Assembly (NCBI GenBank): GCA_964016885.1
Contig: OZ024740.1
Location: forward strand, 102,114,001-102,178,000
DNA length: 64,000 bases
Direction: 5' to 3'
Source: Eledone cirrhosa
Taxonomy: Eukaryota
A program made the translations under genes and the position numbers. The notes beneath the pieces are model-generated. The model saw only the letters and a list, made by a program, of their open reading frames with translations, searched no databases and was not told where the DNA came from. The stretch's first letter is position 1, and the number at the start of each line of letters is the position of its first letter. Shown one piece after another: positions 27,300 to 40,478 of this stretch.

Positions 27300-27840
27300 T
27301 GTAACTGCATCCTTCAAAACTTCCATGCTTCCCAAAATTTGCCAACACTGCACCTAATATTCCCCCTGCATACACATGCACACATGTATCCGTGTGTATA
27401 TCATGATTCATCATTGTTCATTTTCCTGACATTTATACATTATTCTATGTACTATATATGCACCTTTGATGAGTTGCAGTGTACCTGAGCACTGTACACA
27501 ATAATTTTCATTATTATCTTTTGGAATATGATCTGAGTTCAAATCCCGTCGAGGTTAAATTTACCTTTCATCCTTACGAGGTCCATAAAATAAAGTACCA
27601 GTAATGCACTCGGATAATTGCTGGCCTTGTGCCAAAAGTAGAAACAATTATTATCTTTTGGACTGGCAGTATCAGTAGATGGTTGGATGCCATGCTTTGC
27701 AGCATAGAGTTACGCCCCTTTCTGATCTGAGTTCAAATCCAGCCGAGGTTAACTTTGCCTTTCATCCTTACGGGGTCGATAAAGTACCAGTAATGCACTG
27801 GAATCATTGCTGGCCTTGTGCCAAAAGTAGAAACAATTAT
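27300..27840 (+). mobile_element. CR1-like 3' tail followed by two family-A SINEs
   Basis: 27300-27515 matches 13065-13265. SINE copies at ~27528 and ~27662. Confidence 0.82.
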
Positions 27841-28019
27841 TTTTTAAATACCCCACAGCATTCTGTTCCACACTAGTGATTCTGCCAATTCGTCCATCAC
27901 TGTATACTTAAATAATATAACACTGGTCATTTTATTTTGTCACTACCATCTTATAGGATGGAGAAATAACAAGTTCAGTAGAGTGGCAGACAAAATGCCT
28001 TGCAGTGCTTAATTACATC

Positions 28020-28069
<50 letters not shown>

Positions 28070-28310
28070 TTATGGGAGGAATCTTCAGTTGTGTCAAAGA
28101 CAATCTCCGTACTGCTGGTGCTATAATAAAATGCATGATGCAGTCCCACCCACCACCACCACCACCCCGGCCTATCATAGATATCAGTAGTTCTGCTAGA
28201 GTACTGACTCTCTGTGATGACCTGTCCAACCTTTGCTAACGGTGTGGGTGAGGGGTGTAATGATGATGATGATAAATCTATCTATCTATCTATCTATCTC
28301 TCTCTCTCTC

Positions 28311-29145
28311 GGTGAAACTCTGGGCGTGGAGGAAGATGAACTGGCCAGTCTGTTCGGTAGGACCTTCCGCCCGGGACCGATGGACAACTTCCAAAAGTCC
28401 CTGGCCTGGCAGTGCTACCGAGGAGCTCTACCAGTTCGAGACAAGCTCTACAGACATGGGCGCCCGGGCAGAGACCCTGCAAAAAAGATCTGTCCGAGGT
28501 GCGTGCGAGACGAAGAAACCGTCGCGCACGCATTCATACACTGCCCGGGCGTCACTGACCTGTGGGGCTATGTAGAACGACTATTGTCGCGGGTGGGACC
28601 AATCCAGTTGACCACCGAGTCCATTGTCATGATCAAACCGCCACCCTCCTTCAAAAACGAAGGAGAGGCGGTTTTCCTTTGTGTGATAGCTATGGCGAAA
28701 GAGGTTGTATGGTGGACAAGGTTGAAAGGGCTGAGGTCAGACACCTTTCTCTCCGGCCAACAACTGATTCTTTTTTTCAAATACCACTTTGGAAGAAGAA
28801 TCAGGATGGAGAGAGAGGTGCTGTACCCCAGCAAGTTTTATGAAAGGTGGGTGAAAGTGGCGAGAATGGCCCGAGTGAATGGGCCTTCTCTCTATATCAG
28901 CCTGTAGATTGAGGAAAAGGAGGAGGAGAGGAAAGGAGTACAAGCTCTTCGTACTCCTGGAGATGAGGGTTGCACATTTTTTTCGGGGGTATGTGTTACC
29001 CATATAAACTGTCTCCCTCTATTGGGGAAAATCGACTAACTTTTAAATTCCATCTGTGATAACATTTTACACGTTTTTATTGTATGTAAACTTCCCCCTT
29101 TGTATTTGTCCCCTTCTTTTGTGCCCCTGTGGCTAATAAAGAAAT
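28311..29145 (+). mobile_element. 5'-truncated Tx1/L1-clade LINE: intact ORF2 C-terminus with CCHC zinc knuckle plus 3'UTR
   Basis: Open frame to TAG at 28907: LAWQCYRGALPVRDKL..CPRC..DEETVAHAFIHC...LW. AATAAA at ~29135. Apparent target-site duplication tatctatctctctctctctc on both sides. Confidence 0.88.
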
Positions 29146-29151
29146 ATATCT

Positions 29152-29247
<96 letters not shown>

Positions 29248-30955
29248 AGAGAGAGAGAGAAATATATGCATTTTTGTTTTTTTTTGTTTTCAAAAATGGC
29301 TTCTAAATTAGACACAGAGCCAGGATGTAGCAGAAAGTTAATTACATTGACACCAGTACTTGACTGGTACTTTATTTTATCCACACCTAAAGAAGAAAAA
29401 GCAAAATTGACCTTGGTAGGATCTGAAGACAGAAAGTAAAGAACTGGAACAAATACTGCCAAACATTTTAGCCAATGCTCAAAAACCTTTGCCATTCCAC
29501 ATAAACATATATTTATCATTCCCCCACACACTCTATTATCTTCCTAAACTATTTCTCTGTGATTCCAACCAGCCAACCATTAATCTTTTTATGATCATAT
29601 TAATTATTGAAGAATTTTGAGAGATTTACTAAAATTATTAATTAATTAAGAACTATATTAACATATAGTTCTTATATAATATGTTGGGAGATTTCAATTT
29701 AAACACAAGCCCTTTAAAATTAGTGGTTTTGTTTCATAGAACCAGATCTAGTTTTGGGCATGTTGGTATCTAGAGTTAAACATAGGTTGGGGATAATAAA
29801 AAGGATCTATACTGATCCCAATTTTCTTGAAAACCCTTTTATTCTACTGTATATCACACAGTATTTCATAACATCCTTCTTAACTCATTACGGATGTAAC
29901 TCTATTTACTTATTAACTTACAAATTAGTTTAATTAGTGGCTGTCAAATCCTATCAATATTTCCTTTTTGTAAAGTGGGGTAGGTTAGGGTGGAGGTGTT
30001 TAGGTTTAGGGTGTATTGGGGTAGGAATTAAGGTGAGGCTTTTTTGTTTTGTTTTTTAACATTTTCTATGTGTTGTTTTGGTGAGTAACCCTTGTGAATT
30101 AAGGAAGAGGAACTTCCATGTTTGTGTTGAGTGGGTAGAGAGTGGGTGATAACTGGTAGAAGAGGGTGGTGGACTAGAATAGAAAGGTAGATGGTGTGTG
30201 TGTGGAGGAGGGAATGAATAGGAGAGAGAGAGAGAGAGAGAATAAGAGATGGAGCAAGAGAAAAAAAGAATGTGTTCAAAAAAGAGGAAGTATGGGTATG
30301 AATAGCTTAACTAAGAAAGCTATAATATAGAGAAGGAGGAGAAAGAAGAGGTGGAGTGGGGGTGTTGGCAGTAAAAGAAGATAGGAAAGTGAAAAGAAAA
30401 AAAGGAGAATTGAGAATGAGACATAGAGGAGTGATTAAAAAGAAATGAAATATAGAATCAGATACAAAGTATGAAAGACAATAGAAGATTGAAAGAAAGA
30501 GGAGTTAAGAGAGATATATAGGAAAGGAAAAAAAAGGAAATATATTGAGAGGTAGTGAAAGAAATATGCAAATTCAGAAAGGGTAGATATAAAGAGAAAT
30601 AGAGAAATGGGAGAAAATATGATATATATATAAAGATATATATATATATACATACATACATATGTATATATATAGAGAGCGAAAGAGAGCGAGAGAGAGA
30701 GGGGGGGAGGGGATCAGTAATGAGGGAGGGATAAAAAAGAGTAAGAAGTGAGAGAGACAAAGTAAAAATAAGGAAGAGGGTTGTAGTAAGAGATAGAAAA
30801 AGAGATATATATTTTTGAGAAGAATTTAGAGGGAGTCTCTTGAAGAAATAATATGATAATAGATTCGAATTGGGTGGATGGAAGGCTGGGTATGAAGTTA
30901 AACAAAAACAGCTAGACAGACAGTGATTTATATATATTTCATATATATATATTTA

Positions 30956-30986
<31 letters not shown>

Positions 30987-31025
30987 GATATATATGTGTG
31001 TGTATGTATATATATACACACACAC

Positions 31026-31062
<37 letters not shown>

Positions 31063-31098
31063 TGCACACAGATATATATATATGTATACACACACACG

Positions 31099-31130
<32 letters not shown>

Positions 31131-31134
31131 ATAT

Positions 31135-31572
31135 AAAGTGGTTGTGTAGGCAACACAACCAAAAGCACCCACCACTCACTGTAAATGAGGTTGGAGTTAG
31201 TAAGGGCATCCAGCTGTAGAAACCAAGCCAAAATCAGTCCTGTATGAACAAGACATGGTCACCTGACCTAGCATTGCCTACAACAGGACAACTTGTCTAA
31301 GTCTAACCCATGCTAGTGTGGAAGAATTGACATAAAACAGTGGTGATGATATATATATATATTTCATACATACATATACATATTTCATGATATATATATA
31401 TTTCATACATATATATATACATATTTCATGATATATATATATATTTCATACATATATATCATCATCATCATCACCGTTTTACGTCCGTTCTTCCATGCTA
31501 GCATGGGTTAGACGGGTTGTCCTGTTGTGGGCAGTGGCTGGTCGGCTGACCATGCCTTGCTCATACAGGATA
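31135..31572. mobile_element. Two RTE 3' tails, tail-to-tail, in a TA-rich tract
   Basis: 31135-31350 (+) and 31459-31572 (-); the latter is nearly identical to 15318-15440. Confidence 0.82.
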
Positions 31573-32284
31573 CACACACACATTTAGAGAGAGAAAGGGA
31601 AAGGCAGGTGAGTAGAGAGACAGGCTGATAGGCAGGTAGATATTATTTAAAATGAACTAAAATAGTGAGTGTGTAAAATACAGAATTATGGAGAGAAAGT
31701 GAAATCAAAATAATGCTATTTAAGGGATTTAAAGGTAAAATACTGTTATTTAAGGGGAATGATAAGAGGGGAGTGAAATTGGGTTGAGAGAGAGAGAAAG
31801 GTTGGGTGCAGGTGGAGGAGGGGGTAATAGAAATAGAAGGTAGTAGAAGTTAATTTCCTGTCAACTAATTAATTTCTCCCTTATTGTTGCTCTGTTGTAT
31901 AGAGCCAACTACTGAATCTTGTAGAATCTTCTCTCTCCCTCTCTCTCTCACTCTCCCTCTCTCTCTATCACTCTCCCTCTCTATATATATATCCATCCAT
32001 CCATCAATCTATCTACCTTCCTTCATACACTCTCTCTCTCTCTTTCTCATATTTTATTTTGATGAATGAAGAATGACAACTGATTACATACACATTTTTA
32101 TTCCTCTATCTGGTGCTTGTGGTGATGATGATGATAGTTGTCACGGTGGTGGTGATGGTGGTAATGTTGTAACTGTTATTACTGTTCTTATTGCTATTTT
32201 TATTGTTGTTGCTATTTTCTGGTATGTTCACTATCTTTATCATTGCCACCATTATCATTATGATTTCATCATCATCTTCATCAC

Positions 32285-32324
<40 letters not shown>

Positions 32325-32483
32325 TTCATCACCATCATCATCACCATCAACATCTTCATCATTTCCATCATCATCATCAACTCCTCCCACCCCACTCCAT
32401 TGCTAGCAGAATCAATTTTGCCTTTCATTCTTCCAGAGTCAATAAACTAAGTACCAGTCATATACTAGGAACAAATCAAATAA

Positions 32484-32518
<35 letters not shown>

Positions 32519-33109
32519 GAAAAGAAAGAGCCATGGATGGCAGACTCAAGAGAATAGAAAACAAGATACCTTGTGGTATTGAATTATATTTCTTTACATT
32601 CTAAGTTAAAATCCTCACAAGAATAATTCTGTCTTTTATTCTTCTGAGGTTATTAAACTGAAGTAACAATGTTTCCATGCTAGCATTGGTAAGACGAGTT
32701 ATCCTGTTAGGAGCAATGCCAATGTGGACTGGACACTTTTGTCAAACATGACTACTTTACAAGCAATTTTATTCCATATTTTCATACCCTTATTTCTAAT
32801 TACATACACTGATTCAATTTATATTTTAAATTTAAAATTCGGAGGGATTGAATACGATAACTAACTTTGGTGTTTAGCCCTTTCCTTACTGTATTTCTAA
32901 GGAATAACACTCCCTGTGATTTTCAAACAATTTGAAAAATAATCCAGAATTTGAAGAGTTTTAATAAAATAACAAACTTATTTATTACTAACCTGATGTT
33001 TGGAGCATAACTTAAGAAAGGTTCTTACATAAATTATAATGGTTTTGTTTTTAAGATAAATAAGCAGTTTTATATAAGAAACAGGGATGATTTCAAGCAG
33101 TTTTATATA

Positions 33110-35135
33110 GATGTTATTATTGTCATTGCCGTTGATGTTATTGTCATTATCGTTGATGTTGATGTCACTGTTATAGATGTTGTCATTGTCATTATTGTTG
33201 CTGTTATTGTCATTGTTATTGTTGTTGTTGTCATTGTTATTGCTGTTATTGTCATTGTTGTTGTTGCTGTTATCGTCATTGTTATTGTTGCTCTTATTAT
33301 CATTGTTATTGTTGTTATTGTCATTGTTGTTGTTGTTATTGTCATTGTTATTGTTGTTATTGTCATTGTTATTGTTGTTATTGTCATTATTATTATTGTT
33401 ATTGTCATTATTGTTGTTGTTATTGTCATTATTATTATTGTTATTGTCATTATTGTTGTTGTTATTGTCATTATTATTGTTGTTATTGTCATTGTTGTTG
33501 TTGTTATTGTCATTGTTATTGTTGTTATTGTCATTGTTATTGTTGTTATTGTCATTATTATTGTTACTGTTATTGTCATTATTGTTGTTGTTATTGTCAT
33601 TGTTATTGTTGTTATTGTCATTGTTGTTGTTGTTATTGTCATTATTATTGTTGTTATTGTCATTATTGTTGTTGTTATTGTCATTGTTATTGTTGTTATT
33701 GTCATTGTTGTTGTTGTTATTGTCATTATTATTGTTGTTATTGTCATTATTATTGTTATTGTCATTATTGTTGTTGTTATTGTCATTGTTATTGTTGTTA
33801 TTGTCATTGTTGTTGTTGTTATTGTCATTATTATTGTTGTTATTGTCATTATTGTTGTTGTTATTGTCATTGTTATTGTTGTTATTGTCATTGTTGTTGT
33901 TGTTATTGTCATTATTATTGTTGTTATTGTCATTATTGTTGTTGTTATTGTCATTGTTATTGTTGTTATTGTCATTGTTGTTGTTGTTATTGTCATTATT
34001 ATTGTTGTTATTGTCATTATTGTTGTTGTTATTGTCATTGTTATTGTTGTTATTATCATTGTTGTTGTTGTTATTGTCATTGTTGTTGTTGTTATTGTCA
34101 TTGTTATTGTTGTTATTATCATTGTTGTTGCTGTTATTGTCATTATTGTTGTTGTTATTGTCATTGTTATTGTTGTTATTGTCATTGTTATTTTTGTTAT
34201 TGTCATTATTATTGTTGTTATTGTCATTGTTATTGTTGCTGTTATTGTCATTATTATTGTTGTTATTGTCATTGTTATTGTTGTTATTGTCATTGTTGTT
34301 GTTGTTATTGTCATTGTTGTTGTTGTTATTGTCATTGTTGTTGCTGTTATTGTCATTATTATTGTCATTATTATTGTTGCTGTTATTGTCATTATTATTG
34401 TTGTTATTGTTATTGTTGTTATTGTCATTGTTGTTGTTGCTGTTATTGTCATTGTTATTGTTGTTATTGTCATTGTTGTTGTTGCTGTTATTGTCATTAT
34501 TATTGTTGTTATTGTCATTGTTATTGTTGTTATTGTCATTGTTGTTGTTGCTGTTATTGTCATTGTTATTGTTGTTATTGTTGTTATTGTCATTGTTGTT
34601 GTTGCTGTTATTGTCATCATTGTTGTTATTGTCATTGTTATTGTTGTTATTGTCATTGTTATTGTTGCTGTTATTGTCATTGTTATTGTTGTTATTGTCA
34701 TTGTTATTGTTGCTGTTATTGTCATTGTTGTTGCTGTTATTGTCATCATTGTTGTTATTGTCATTATTGTTGCTGTTATTGTCATTGTTGTTGTTGTTAT
34801 TGTCATTGTTATTGTTGCTGTTATTGTCATTGTTATTGTTGCTGTTATTGTCATTGTTGTTGCTGGTATTGTCATTGTTGTTGCTGTTATTGTCATTATT
34901 GTTGCTGTTATTGTCATTATTATTGTTGTTATTGTCATTATTGTTGCTGTTATTGTCATTATTGTTGCTGTTATTGTTATTGTTATTGTTGTTATTGTCA
35001 TTATTGTTGCTGTTATTGTCATTGTTATTGTTGCTGTTATTGTCATTGTTATTGTTGTTATTGTCATTGTTGTTGCTGTTATTGTCATTAATATTGTTGC
35101 TGTTATTGTTATGGATGTTGTTATTGTCATTGTTG
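33110..35135. repeat. ~2-kb 18/21-bp triplet-derived minisatellite
   Basis: Unit ttattgtcattgttattg (variable TTG/TTA/CTG triplets), open in three frames as low-complexity peptides. Confidence 0.95.
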
Positions 35136-35619
35136 GTGTGTTCAGTAATGCAGTGATGATGCACAATCAAAATAAGACTAATAATAAACACAAAAATAAT
35201 AATGATGATGATGATGATACAATCCTTGAACAATGGACGTAAAAAGATTATGATGTTGGTGGTGGTGGTGGTGGTGGTAGGGTATGTGGTTGTGGTGGTG
35301 ATGATGATGATGGTGCTGGTGGTGTGGGTGATAGTGTAGGTGGTGGTGGTGATGATGCTGATGGCGATGATATTGCTTTACCAAGTATTCTAGAGGCTTT
35401 GTAAATTTCAAATTAAATAAATAAATTTTAAAAAATGAATGATAAAAGATGAAGTAAACAAAGGAGAATGTTGAATTAAAAATGCAAGAATCATTCTAAA
35501 TGAGTTTCTCTTATTGAAGTTGGAGAGAAGCTGCTACTGGAATAATCATTTTTTTTTACTATTGATATGGTTCCTGTTTTCTTAAAAATATTACTTTAAA
35601 AAAAAATTACAATAATGAT

Positions 35620-35845
35620 TTTTAGTTTAGGAACAAGGCCAACAATGTTATACTAACCGACTCCAGTGCATTACTGGTGCTTTATTTTATCGACCCTGTG
35701 AGAATGAAAGGCAAAGCTAACTTCGGTGGGATTTGAAATCAGAACATAAAGGTCTGTAACTCAATGCCACGAAACATGGTGTCCGACCGTCAATCAATAT
35801 TGCCAATCCACTGCCTCAGTAATGATGATGATGATAATGATGATG

Positions 35846-35898
<53 letters not shown>

Positions 35899-36088
35899 TG
35901 TTTCTACTTTTGGCACAAGGCCAGCAATTATCCCAGTGCATTACTGGTACATTATTTTATCGACCCCGTAAGGATGAAAGGCAAAGTTAACCTTGGCAGG
36001 ATTTGAACTCAGATCAGAAAGGGGCGTAACTTTGTGCTGCAAAGCATGTTGTCCGACACTCTATCGATACTGCTAAACCACCACCCTA
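35620..36088 (-). mobile_element. Two family-A SINE copies separated by (gat)n(aat)n
   Basis: Core aggatgaaaggcaaagttaacc..gatttgaactcag at ~35700 and ~35970. Confidence 0.85.
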
Positions 36089-36119
36089 TAATAATAATGA
36101 TAATAATAATAATAATATC

Positions 36120-38450
36120 AAAAAGAGTAAGATTGACTCCAGTCATAGAAAAAGCTGTGGTGAAGACAACTCACCTAGGACAGGAAATAGTCTGATATAA
36201 AACCTCCACAAAATAATAATCTGGTTTGGCTCCCAGTATAGTCTACCTCAGTAAAGAGTAGATAGGATTGTTTATATCTTGGTTGAGAACCTACATAGAG
36301 CTTGTGTCTCAATAAAAACACTGGTTTTTGTGACACTTTACTCACATACCCATCATATTTTAATGCCAACAAATAATAATTCATACTTGATCAGTTATCA
36401 TTCAGGTTGACAAGGACTCATTTTCCCAGATAGGAACCAGTCTGGAGTAAAAAAAGTCAGCTACTGGTTCAAACCTTCCGAACGACTTGAGGCTGGAGGC
36501 CTCCTACAACAGGATACATTCTACTAATGCCCCACTACTTCGAACTAGTCTCTTTAAAAGTAATAAGCAGAAATGATCCAGGTTTTAGAGAGACCCCTCT
36601 CAAGCAAATGTTTCAGAAGTTAAGGATTAAATCACTTGCTTGAGTGGGGTTTCTTCTCTGAAGACATTCTGCTGCCCAGCTCTCCTGAGTTTCTTACCAC
36701 TGCTATGTATTATCAATCAGAAGTGTCAAAAATGAGCACACATACAGAATTTGGAGGGAAAAGAGTCCCAAATAAGACTGGACTATAAACAGCAATACCT
36801 TTGTGAATAAAGACAGATATAATTCAAAGTACATTGTTGACTGTTATTTGAATAGATCATAAAATATAACATGACGACTAAATTGAACAATAACCCGACA
36901 AACACAAGTCATACAGACACAGACATAAATTATGATGTACGAATTATGATCTTCCTGAACAAGAAATAGATAATATAACACAGAAAATAAGAGGAATCCC
37001 TACTTCACTTGATAGAGAACATACAGAGGAACATTTTTGATGAAATCCTAACAATTTAAGTGGATCTATGGCTGATGATGTTAGCACAAATAATCTGGCA
37101 TAACTGGAAGAGGAAGTAATAGTTGAATGGATCAAAGTTCAAAATATGGATATGAGGGGCTGCCATAAACTTCCAAAAAACCCTGTAACTGTAACAAAAA
37201 TAACAAAAACAAAAACTTTTGGGGGTAAACATGGTTGTGCAAAACATCATAAACCGAAATGAATTTGACATCAATTTATGCTGTTGCTACTGTGTGCAGC
37301 AAAATACGTGGCATGAAATTCAGAAATAAAATAGCAAACCTCTGAAAAAGGCCAGCATAGCAAAAAAGGATCAAGAATCAAATTAATGTTCTTCATTCTG
37401 ACATAGAAATCCTAAAAATATTGGCAAAACTCTCAACATGAAACTTTCAAAAGGCAGAAAAATCAAGAGAAAATATGAAATAGAATCAAATAGCCAAATT
37501 GACAAAACAATAGAGAAGATGCAATAAAACTTGCAAGCTAAATCCACATGCATATGCTGCTTTGAAAAACAATTTTGGTTCTTCAAAGACATGTTAAAAA
37601 ATATACCCTCTGCCAAAATATTTCACAGAAATATAAAGGAAAGCATAGTTGAAGTAAATGATGCTTGCACAAAACAAGAAATACATAACTTTTTGAGTAA
37701 AACATGACCTAATGAAAAAGAATGACTCTAATGCCTCTTGGATTAACCAACAAAAACAAGAGACAGGACATATAGAAGAACAGAAATAGGTGGAGATAAG
37801 TGTAGAGGACATCATTTTGAATTGAAAAATTCTAGTCAATTGAAATTTCCTGGAAAGAATAGGCTCCAAATTTTGGTTAAGCCTTGTCAAAGTCTCATGA
37901 AAAATGAACGTTCTTTTACAATTTTATAATAAAAGAACCACAAATGACCCTTGGCTGGTTGTTTAATTGCAACACTTTGCTCCCTAAAAATAGTGAATGC
38001 CAAATCACTAAATATTATAGATCAATGTTAAAATTTCTCAAATTAGTTTGGATAGAATGCATTTATGCGTTCCTTGTCAATAACAATATTTTTCTGAACA
38101 AAGTAAGAGCCAAATTTTTATCAACAAAATAATCACTTATAATTGTCACAAAAGGCACAAGAATCTCTATGGCAGGGATAGATTATAGCTTTCTGAGAAA
38201 AGTATGAGAAGTTGGAAAACTGAGCTCATATATGGACAGGGTCTAGGAGAGCCGAGTATCAAGGGAGGAATTTTTTAAGGAGACAGTTTGTCTCTCTTGT
38301 TTGTATTGTGCATGATTCCCTCAACAATGTTAGTTAGAAGAGTGAAAACTGGATATGTGTTTAAAGGACTATTTAATATTAATAGATGGTCTAAAGTTGT
38401 ATGGTAAAGATAAAGTCAAAATCAGTTCATTAGTGAACACAGTTTGTTGG
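36120..38450 (+). pseudogene. Highly degenerate R4/Dong-like (RLE) LINE: putative 5'UTR, ORF N-terminus and RT
   Basis: 38260-38445 translates (with one frameshift) to KGGIF*GDSLSLLFVLCMIPSTMLVRRVKTGYVFK..DGLKLYGKDKVKISSLVNTV, R4-like RT motifs. Upstream remnants N*NFPGK and LLPK. Begins right after (taa)n. The 5' extent is inferred. Confidence 0.65.
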
Positions 38451-38559
38451 AATGTAAAGCAAATGTATGGTTCAATTTGCAAGGGATGTTGGCAGAAAAA
38501 TTGATCTGAATGGGAGGTGGAATGACAAAGAGTGACTCAAACAGTTGGAAGGTGCTGCG

Positions 38560-39140
38560 CTCTTCTCTAAACATTCCAGTCTACAGACACATGCTCAGGG
38601 CAATCTTCATGGTGGAGTAGGCTGATAATCAGATCCATCCAACATGCAACTATAACTGTTCAACAAAATTCCACAAGTCAACAATGTCCAGACATGGGAC
38701 GAGTGTGTGCAGAATGGTTTCATTGTTCTGTGCACATCTCAGACAAGTTTGTCAGCACTTACAGGCCAAGGATTTCTAAAAAAACCAAAAGTCCTTTAGA
38801 AAAGACTCGCTAGCTAGTTCTTGTCGATGCCCAGAGTCTCCCCAAGAACATCATTGCACTTGCCCACCGCCAATCTTCTATAGAACACAAATGTGAAATT
38901 TCCACTGACCTACTGAATGCATTACCCAATTGGTAGAGTGTCTGTCAACATTCCAAATGCCAGACACTCAATATTCATTTTTGCTTGACCCAGGACTGCA
39001 GCTCAGTCAAACAGATGAGCTGCAGAAAGACATGCCTCACAAATGATGACCACATACATTCACTGTTTTGGAATATCTGCAAATGCTGTGGCCTCAGTGT
39101 ATGTTTGTGCATCATCAGCCATAGCATACCCAGCCCTCCT
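38560..39140 (-). pseudogene. Degenerate Tx1-like ORF2 fragment
   Basis: GGLGMLWLMM..WHLEC..GETLGIDKN*LASLF*RTFG..KSLA..ETILHTLVPC, homologous to the ORF at 28311. Confidence 0.72.
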
Positions 39141-39546
39141 CACAAAACTATGGTTTCTAATCTGGGCAGATACTTCTCCCTTTATTGGTCAAAAGTACCC
39201 ATCTACACAAAGCAAAAGTGTCATAAAATTGGTTACAAAACATACAGGCATGTACATATATATGTTAACTATATATAATATGTTCATCTTCACTGCACTG
39301 CTATGCTGTGGAATGTATTGTCTATGCAAAACATAAAAAAATCATGACAGTTTGCTTTAAACAGTGTCAACAGGAAGGTACATTTAGAAACTGACACTCA
39401 CCTAATGTACCACACAGTGGTACTGAGCTTGGCACCATATGGTTGTGAGATTTTACTCAGTGTTGTTTACATTCTTGCATTCCCCCCACCCCAACATCTT
39501 CAGCCCTTGTGGTTAATAGAAGAAATCATAAATTGCAAAAATAATA

Positions 39547-39737
39547 ATTGTTTCTACTTTTGGCACAAGGCCAGCAATTACCCAGTGCATTACTGGTACT
39601 TTATTTTATCGACCCCGTAAGGATGAAAGGCAAAGTTAACCTCAGCGGGATTTGAACTCAGACCATAAAGGGCCGTAAGTCTTTGCTGCAAAGCATGGCG
39701 TCCAACCCTCTACCGATACTGCCAATCCACCGCCCTT
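39547..39737 (-). mobile_element. Full-length family-A SINE with target-site duplication
   Basis: Flanked by aaattgcaaaa(a)ataataat at ~39530 and ~39741. Confidence 0.9.
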
Positions 39738-40478
39738 GCAAAATTGCAAAAATAATAATGAATGATAAATAGAAAAGACATACAAATGTTTTCGGTGCTC
39801 TTCACTTACTTTGTTGTATTATCATTATTATCACTATTATATTATATTTACTTTATTTATTTATTATTATGATTGTATTGTTGGTGGTTATTTTGGGGGG
39901 TGGAGGATGGGGCGTGGGCTTTTGCCATTCTAAAAACGATATTGATCTAAGTCTATATTTAGTCTTTTGCTTTTTTCTAATAAACTACTTTCTTTTTGAA
40001 TTATTTCTCTAACTGTATTCCATTAGAGTTATTATTCTATTTATTTATGTTTTTTCAGTGAATTATGTGTGCCTGTGTATGTATGATGTAGGGAGAGAGG
40101 AGTGGTTATCATCTTTATCTAAATATAATTTAAGGTTGCTAGAATTTCCACAACATAAGGAATTGCAATAATATATCCTTTTTATATATTTTTTTTTCTT
40201 TCCCTCTTTATTTCACAATGAAATCCAGTTATATATTTTAGGTTATCAAAATAGATTGTTCAGATTATCATTCCTTTGAATTGTATTAAGAGTTCTAGCT
40301 AAATGTCAGTAGAATGGGGAAGGCTTAGGAAATTTTCTTTAAGCTACATGCAAATTCTAATAAATTAAGAAATGAACGTGAGTGTATGTGTATTCAATTT
40401 ATTGTCATTGTATCCTCACAAATATAATGAACACCACAACAATTTTACCAAAAATGTGTGTGTATAAATATATATATA

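Noticed and set aside
29975-30025. Interstitial telomeric TTAGGG
   Set aside because: Only two isolated hexamers in G-rich sequence.
32978-35233. 751-aa Asn/Asp-rich protein
   Set aside because: Three overlapping low-complexity ORFs from one minisatellite; not supportable as a CDS.
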